Assembly (NCBI GenBank): GCA_963664815.2
Contig: CAXXHB010000003.1
Coordinates: 1,504,001-1,568,000 of the forward strand
Source: Spirochaetota bacterium
GTDB lineage: Bacteria; Spirochaetota; UBA4802; UBA5550
Direction: 5' to 3'
DNA length: 64,000 nt
Of the stretch, positions 59,403 to 64,000 are shown piece after piece; positions within the stretch are counted from its first letter, which is position 1; every line of letters starts with the position of its first letter. Under the pieces are notes generated by a model, which was not told the origin of the DNA, ran no database searches, and worked only from the letters and a program-made list of their open reading frames with translations. Both the position numbers and the translations under genes were made by a program.

Positions 59403-61376
59403 ATGCCATTAAATCAATTTCCAAAGAGTCCAAATAAGGTACATCCAACTGTTCCAAGTGCTGTTGGTTCAAGAGAATCAATTGCTCAGGAGGGAAGGGA
59501 TAAGATAGAAGAAGGAAAGATTATACTTGATGAAACCTTCGATAAAGTGTTGAATCATATACAGACAAAACTTCCTGAAGAAGTATTGAGAGAACTTGAT
59601 GTAATGGGCGGTTTGAAGGAAAAACTGTATAATTATATTAACCAGACATATGTCAATATGTTTAACAGGTATACTGTTACAATGGAAGATGAATTCATGA
59701 AGAAAATACGTGAATTCGTTGATAAGGAGGAATCAAAAGGTCTTGCAAGATATACTCCAAAAGAAATTGTGGAAATTCTTGATAAAATTGGTGGAGCAGA
59801 CAAGTTTCATACCGGTGAAATAGAAAAATCTATAGTAAATATGTATGGCCACCTTCAGGGACATATTCAGAGAGGAGTCAATGATCTAGAAACAGAAACG
59901 AACTCCATTCTAAGACAAAAAACTGATGTTGGTGCCTTTGTTCGTGGTGAAAATGCGTATGCTATCCTCAAGTGCGTATTTAAGGACAATGAGTTACGTC
60001 CCAAATATGTTGATGATGTAAAACTTTCGATCAATATCCTTGAAAGTGAGTTAATAAGTCCTATGTATCATTATCAGGTAACTGTTGAGTCTATCATGAA
60101 GGATACTATTCAGAAACATATACAGGATCTAATAGAAAAACAGGTTCAGCAATTCAATGATGATCTTGTTGATAAAGGTAAAAATGAATTGTCATCAAGT
60201 GAAAAAATGTTTGAGAAAGTAAAACGAATTGATAATTTTACTGATGATGACAAAGAAGATGATAAATCAAAAAGGTATACTATTCTTGCCAAAAAATTTC
60301 TGGATAAAATAGAGGGTTTAAGGGCAGAAATTGATGTTGAAGAGATGGATCCTCTAAATATAAGAGAAAATATAAAATTTATTATTGATGAGGAAAATAT
60401 AAGAAACAGGGGATATAACACATGTGTTAATTCCATAACTTCGATTCTTGATACCAGTAAACTCGGTTATCAGGTATGTAACAACATGAAGAATGCCCGT
60501 GTATGTATAATCAGTGAATATGAAGAAACGGACAGAATGATGCTTCCAGATGAAAGATATACGATCAGAATGGCATATTATGATCAGAATCAGTTGAAAG
60601 AAGCAAAAAAAGAATATGACAAGCAGGTGGCTGCATTTACAACAGAAGTTGGTATGTTATGGGATGTAACACACGCACATTATGAATCAAAAAAGAGATT
60701 CAGATCTTTGGTTGATTTTGATGACTTAAGTGCCAGATTGATGAACAAAGAGTGGAAGAAACAGAAGAAAGCTTACGAAGATGATCCTGATGGCGTAATG
60801 TGGAATGAAGTTGGAGAAATGTATAATGAGAATTCTTTTGTTGAAAAAAATAACAGGACTTATGAAGACAGGTTTAAAAATCTGAAGAATAAACTTACTT
60901 ATTTAAAAGGTATACTTAAAAAAATGCACGGATTTCAGAATCCTGTTGAACGAGTTATTCTTGATGAAAGAATTTCATTCCTTGAAAAAAGGTTTAATGA
61001 ATTTGCCCATTTGGTAAATCCACATCATATACAGCCTGGACTTGTTCTTGATATAGATGTAACAACTGTTAAAAGAAAAAGATTTATCATGAAAAGTATG
61101 GCTAACTGTCTCAATGAATTTCTTTATAGTATTTCTAAAGGTTTTGCCGATGCCGCTTTTGCAACTTATTCAAGAAGGAGATCAACCGTCAGGGCGGATA
61201 TTGATCAGTCTTTTGGTGAAGATGAGATTGGTGAAGATCTTTTTGAAACTGCGTATAAGCAGGGTTCTGAGGCTGAATCGAGTGAAATTTTATTACCTGC
61301 TGAAGTTACAGGTTCTGTAAATTTAACTCCAAGCCAGGCTCCAAAAAAGAAAAGTTCAGGTTTAAAAGAGTTATAA
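59403..61376 (+). CDS. cfpA: Spirochaete cytoplasmic filament protein A
   Basis: N-terminus PKSPNKVHPTVPSAVGSRES matches recalled treponemal CfpA; coiled-coil; NPHHIQPGL, GFADAAFA; AAGGAGG RBS. Confidence 0.9.
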   Translation: MPLNQFPKSPNKVHPTVPSAVGSRESIAQEGRDKIEEGKIILDETFDKVLNHIQTKLPEEVLRELDVMGGLKEKLYNYINQTYVNMFNRYTVTMEDEFMKKIREFVDKEESKGLARYTPKEIVEILDKIGGADKFHTGEIEKSIVNMYGHLQGHIQRGVNDLETETNSILRQKTDVGAFVRGENAYAILKCVFKDNELRPKYVDDVKLSINILESELISPMYHYQVTVESIMKDTIQKHIQDLIEKQVQQFNDDLVDKGKNELSSSEKMFEKVKRIDNFTDDDKEDDKSKRYTILAKKFLDKIEGLRAEIDVEEMDPLNIRENIKFIIDEENIRNRGYNTCVNSITSILDTSKLGYQVCNNMKNARVCIISEYEETDRMMLPDERYTIRMAYYDQNQLKEAKKEYDKQVAAFTTEVGMLWDVTHAHYESKKRFRSLVDFDDLSARLMNKEWKKQKKAYEDDPDGVMWNEVGEMYNENSFVEKNNRTYEDRFKNLKNKLTYLKGILKKMHGFQNPVERVILDERISFLEKRFNEFAHLVNPHHIQPGLVLDIDVTTVKRKRFIMKSMANCLNEFLYSISKGFADAAFATYSRRRSTVRADIDQSFGEDEIGEDLFETAYKQGSEAESSEILLPAEVTGSVNLTPSQAPKKKSSGLKEL

Positions 61377-61394
61377 AATTGGAGTAAATTCTAA

Positions 61395-61430
61395 AATAAA
61401 AAAGGGATGATTAACATCCCTTTTTTTATT
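61395..61430 (+). terminator. Rho-independent terminator after cfpA
   Basis: AAAAAAGGGATG-ATTAA-CATCCCTTTTTTT. Confidence 0.85.
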
Positions 61431-61533
61431 CAAAAAGGGATATTTTATTGCACCTGTAAAATTTAATACTTGAAATTTTTTATTTTATTACAGTATATTT
61501 TTAGTGTGCTCAATCATAACAGGAGAGTCAATT

Positions 61534-62490
61534 ATGGAAACTACATACTATTCATTGGCATCTAAATCTTCTTTCAATAAGGCGTTAAGGCATTTTTTTG
61601 CAGTAAATGATGCTGTTGGTGAAATTGAAACTAAAAAAAATCTGGCAGATTATATTAACGATTTACTGGATGAGGAAGAAATACATCCTGATCAGGTACT
61701 TCCGATTATTGGAGCTGTTGTAAGAGATAAATTTGAGTATAGTTATTATTCATATAGCGTTCCAAACACTGTAACTGAGTTTCAGAAAGTTCAGGATGAA
61801 GTTGCAAAATGGAATACATTAGATATTCTGGTTATTTATTTTGGTCCTGATGGAAAAAGATTTGTAATTAACCCAAAAAACATTGATAGCTGGGAAAGGT
61901 GCAGGGAAATACATAAAGACCAGCTTCTGGTAATATATGTTAAACTAGAGAAGGAAAAGAATCAAAAGCTTGAAGAAGAAGCAATAAAAACTTTCATTGA
62001 TCTGTTTACAGGTAAAGATGTTTTCGTTAATAAAAGTTTTATTGATCAGACTATAGTTAATCGACCTGCTGCTGCCTCTGCTCCAAAAGCTGTTGCAGCA
62101 ACCCCGGGAAGTAAACCTGCAGCTTCGGTTGTACAATCGGCTCCTCAAAAATCAAAAAAAGTGAATATAACTCCTAAATATGGGGTTCTCGTATCAAACG
62201 AGTTGTTTCACAATGGTAATGTTGAGGCATGGAAAAAAGTTTTGGAAAGTTTTAATGCAAAATATCCGGATTTAACAGTACATGTAATGTATGAAGGTGA
62301 GGTCATAAACGATATAAATTCCCTGTTCAAGTGGGGGAAGGTAAAACATGGAGATTCAATCTTTTTTCAGGTATCGGGTGAAAATATTATGGGTGTGTCA
62401 AAGCTACAAAAATATTTATATGAAGGTGCCAGCCAGCGTTATGAACAATTTCTTAAACTTGGTGTTGGTCGGGTTCTGAATATTTTTTAA
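61534..62490 (+). CDS. Conserved spirochaete protein with Pro/Ala linker and C-terminal HPr-like domain
   Basis: AGGAGA RBS before ATG 61534; VSNELFHNGN..NSLFKW..VKHGDSIFFQVSGEN resembles HPr. Confidence 0.75.
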   Translation: METTYYSLASKSSFNKALRHFFAVNDAVGEIETKKNLADYINDLLDEEEIHPDQVLPIIGAVVRDKFEYSYYSYSVPNTVTEFQKVQDEVAKWNTLDILVIYFGPDGKRFVINPKNIDSWERCREIHKDQLLVIYVKLEKEKNQKLEEEAIKTFIDLFTGKDVFVNKSFIDQTIVNRPAAASAPKAVAATPGSKPAASVVQSAPQKSKKVNITPKYGVLVSNELFHNGNVEAWKKVLESFNAKYPDLTVHVMYEGEVINDINSLFKWGKVKHGDSIFFQVSGENIMGVSKLQKYLYEGASQRYEQFLKLGVGRVLNIF

Positions 62491-62511
62491 ATCAATTAAA
62501 AGGAGAAAAAA

Positions 62512-64000
62512 ATGAGTAATATTATATATTTTAATAAAGATTTAAAATTGGAAGATGAAAAAGTATTATCGAAGCTGGGAATCCGGGGGAGAAGAGCAGT
62601 TGAACTTGCAAGTATGGGTTTACCGATTGTACCTGGTTTTATAGTCGATTCTGAACTAACATTGAAACTGCCTCAGGTAAATATTAAAGAACAACTTCTT
62701 TCCCAGATATCTCAGATAGAAAAAGAAACAAAGAAAAAGTTTGGAGATAATAAAAAACCATTATTTTTAAAACTCGTTTTAAGTTCGGATTTGAATGTTC
62801 CATTCTTTCCTTCAATTCATAATATAGGTATGAATAGTGAAACTGTAGAAGCATTCGGAAAATTTACAGGTAATGAATTTGCTTATGGTGAATACCTGTT
62901 TTTAATGAGAAATCTTGCTACAAAGCTATTTAATATACCTGAAGAAAACAGAAAAAAAATTGAAGGGACTCTTCCGAAAAAACCATCACTTGATCAGATA
63001 AAGAATACAATAGATGCATATAAAAAGGAATTTGATAAGAATTTCAGTGATGATGTTATGGATCAACTGATATTGATAATGAAAAAAGCAGCTGAAACAT
63101 ATTGTGATTCTGATATTGATGTAGATAATACATTGTCAATAATGATTCAGGCAATGGTTTATGGAAATTTTGGTGATAATTCATACTCTGGTAATTATTT
63201 TACAAGAAACATAATAACTGGGGATGCAGAGATACAGGGCGATTTTTTAAAAAATGAGTTTGATTTTACTGGTGGTAAAGCTACTGAAATTAAAAATATA
63301 GATAAAAAATATTTCGATAAATTTACACAAATAGGTCATAAGATAGAAGAAAATTTTAAAGAAATTCGAAATATAAAGTTTACTATTGAAGAAGGAGATT
63401 TCTGGCTTGTTGAACAGAGGGAGGTTGATGAAAAATCAACACAATCGCAAATAAAAACTCTTTTAGACTTAAATGCTAATAAAATAATAACTGATGAATA
63501 TCTTATTAAAAATATTAAGCCAGGACAGCTGAATGAATTACTTCATCCTGTTATTGATCCACGTACTGTAAAGAATATAAAAACTATCAAGGGTGGTATT
63601 GCCGGATCTACTGGGGCTGCAATTGGTAAAGTATTTTTTTCAACGCCAAAGCTTTTAGAAGAATATAAGAAAGCAATAATGCATGGGTCTGATACAAATA
63701 TGATTTTAATTTTAACTTCTTCTTTTGCTGAAGATGTAAAGGCAATAGAGGTTGCTCAGGCTGTTGTTACATGCGAAGGTGGCTTTTCTTCTCATGCACC
63801 AGTTGTTGCAAGAAGTCTTGGAAAAGTTGCGATGGTTCAGCCGGAAATGAAAATTAAAGGTAATTCTCTGACAATTGATGGTAAAACTGTTAAGGAAGGA
63901 GATTATATATCTATCAATGTCCCGTATTATGAAGAACCGACATTATATCTTGGTAAAATAGGTCTCATTGAACCGGATTTTAAAAATAATGGGCTACTGG
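62512..64000 (+). CDS. Pyruvate phosphate dikinase-like protein with degenerate ATP-grasp domain (runs off the window)
   Basis: Manual translation: GLPIVPGF, QAMVYGN, FTRN, FTIEEG, LLHP, GGFSSHAPVVARSLGK; AGGAGA RBS. Confidence 0.9.
   Translation, partial: MSNIIYFNKDLKLEDEKVLSKLGIRGRRAVELASMGLPIVPGFIVDSELTLKLPQVNIKEQLLSQISQIEKETKKKFGDNKKPLFLKLVLSSDLNVPFFPSIHNIGMNSETVEAFGKFTGNEFAYGEYLFLMRNLATKLFNIPEENRKKIEGTLPKKPSLDQIKNTIDAYKKEFDKNFSDDVMDQLILIMKKAAETYCDSDIDVDNTLSIMIQAMVYGNFGDNSYSGNYFTRNIITGDAEIQGDFLKNEFDFTGGKATEIKNIDKKYFDKFTQIGHKIEENFKEIRNIKFTIEEGDFWLVEQREVDEKSTQSQIKTLLDLNANKIITDEYLIKNIKPGQLNELLHPVIDPRTVKNIKTIKGGIAGSTGAAIGKVFFSTPKLLEEYKKAIMHGSDTNMILILTSSFAEDVKAIEVAQAVVTCEGGFSSHAPVVARSLGKVAMVQPEMKIKGNSLTIDGKTVKEGDYISINVPYYEEPTLYLGKIGLIEPDFKNNGLL

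Noticed and set aside
57100-64000. Apparently lower GC, suggesting a horizontally acquired island
   Set aside because: Not computed; the genes are spirochaete signature genes and there is no integrase, tRNA or flanking repeat
1-64000. Many short antisense or nested ORFs in the track; CRISPR, tRNA, rRNA, IS, prophage and selenoprotein signals
   Set aside because: The short ORFs overlap well-supported genes and lack motifs; no repeat-spacer array, cloverleaf, transposase, phage gene or in-frame TGA at a catalytic site was seen

Overview
This is core chromosomal DNA from a probably anaerobic spirochaete (phylum Spirochaetota). The assignment is inferred from cfpA, the Leptospira-like DUF1577/PilZ gene, flgN-flgK-flgL-fliW-csrA, PFOR, EtfAB and a 2[4Fe-4S] ferredoxin. 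Most genes are housekeeping: proS, gltX, glnS, rpmB, rsmD, thiL, mutL, split coaC/coaB, lolE/lolD and hemW. I see no rRNA, tRNA, CRISPR array or transposase. The ORF track misses a ferredoxin (13220-13396), a 6S RNA (minus strand, about 56858-57031), the true 5' end of a radical SAM gene (probable CTG start) and two edge-truncated genes. The strongest lead is at the right end: cfpA is followed by a protein with a linker-tethered HPr-like domain and then a PPDK-like protein that has lost its ATP-binding residues but keeps its phospho-His. This suggests a PEP-driven, PTS-like phosphorelay encoded next to the cytoplasmic filament gene. Other leads are an SPFH/DUF4178/DUF350/spermidine-synthase membrane operon lacking PspA, a signal-peptide-bearing PIMT paired with a membrane SAM-binding protein, a structured RNA leader upstream of PFOR, and a 70-77 nt dispersed hairpin repeat present three times. 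All assignments come from motif recognition by eye; no searches were run.
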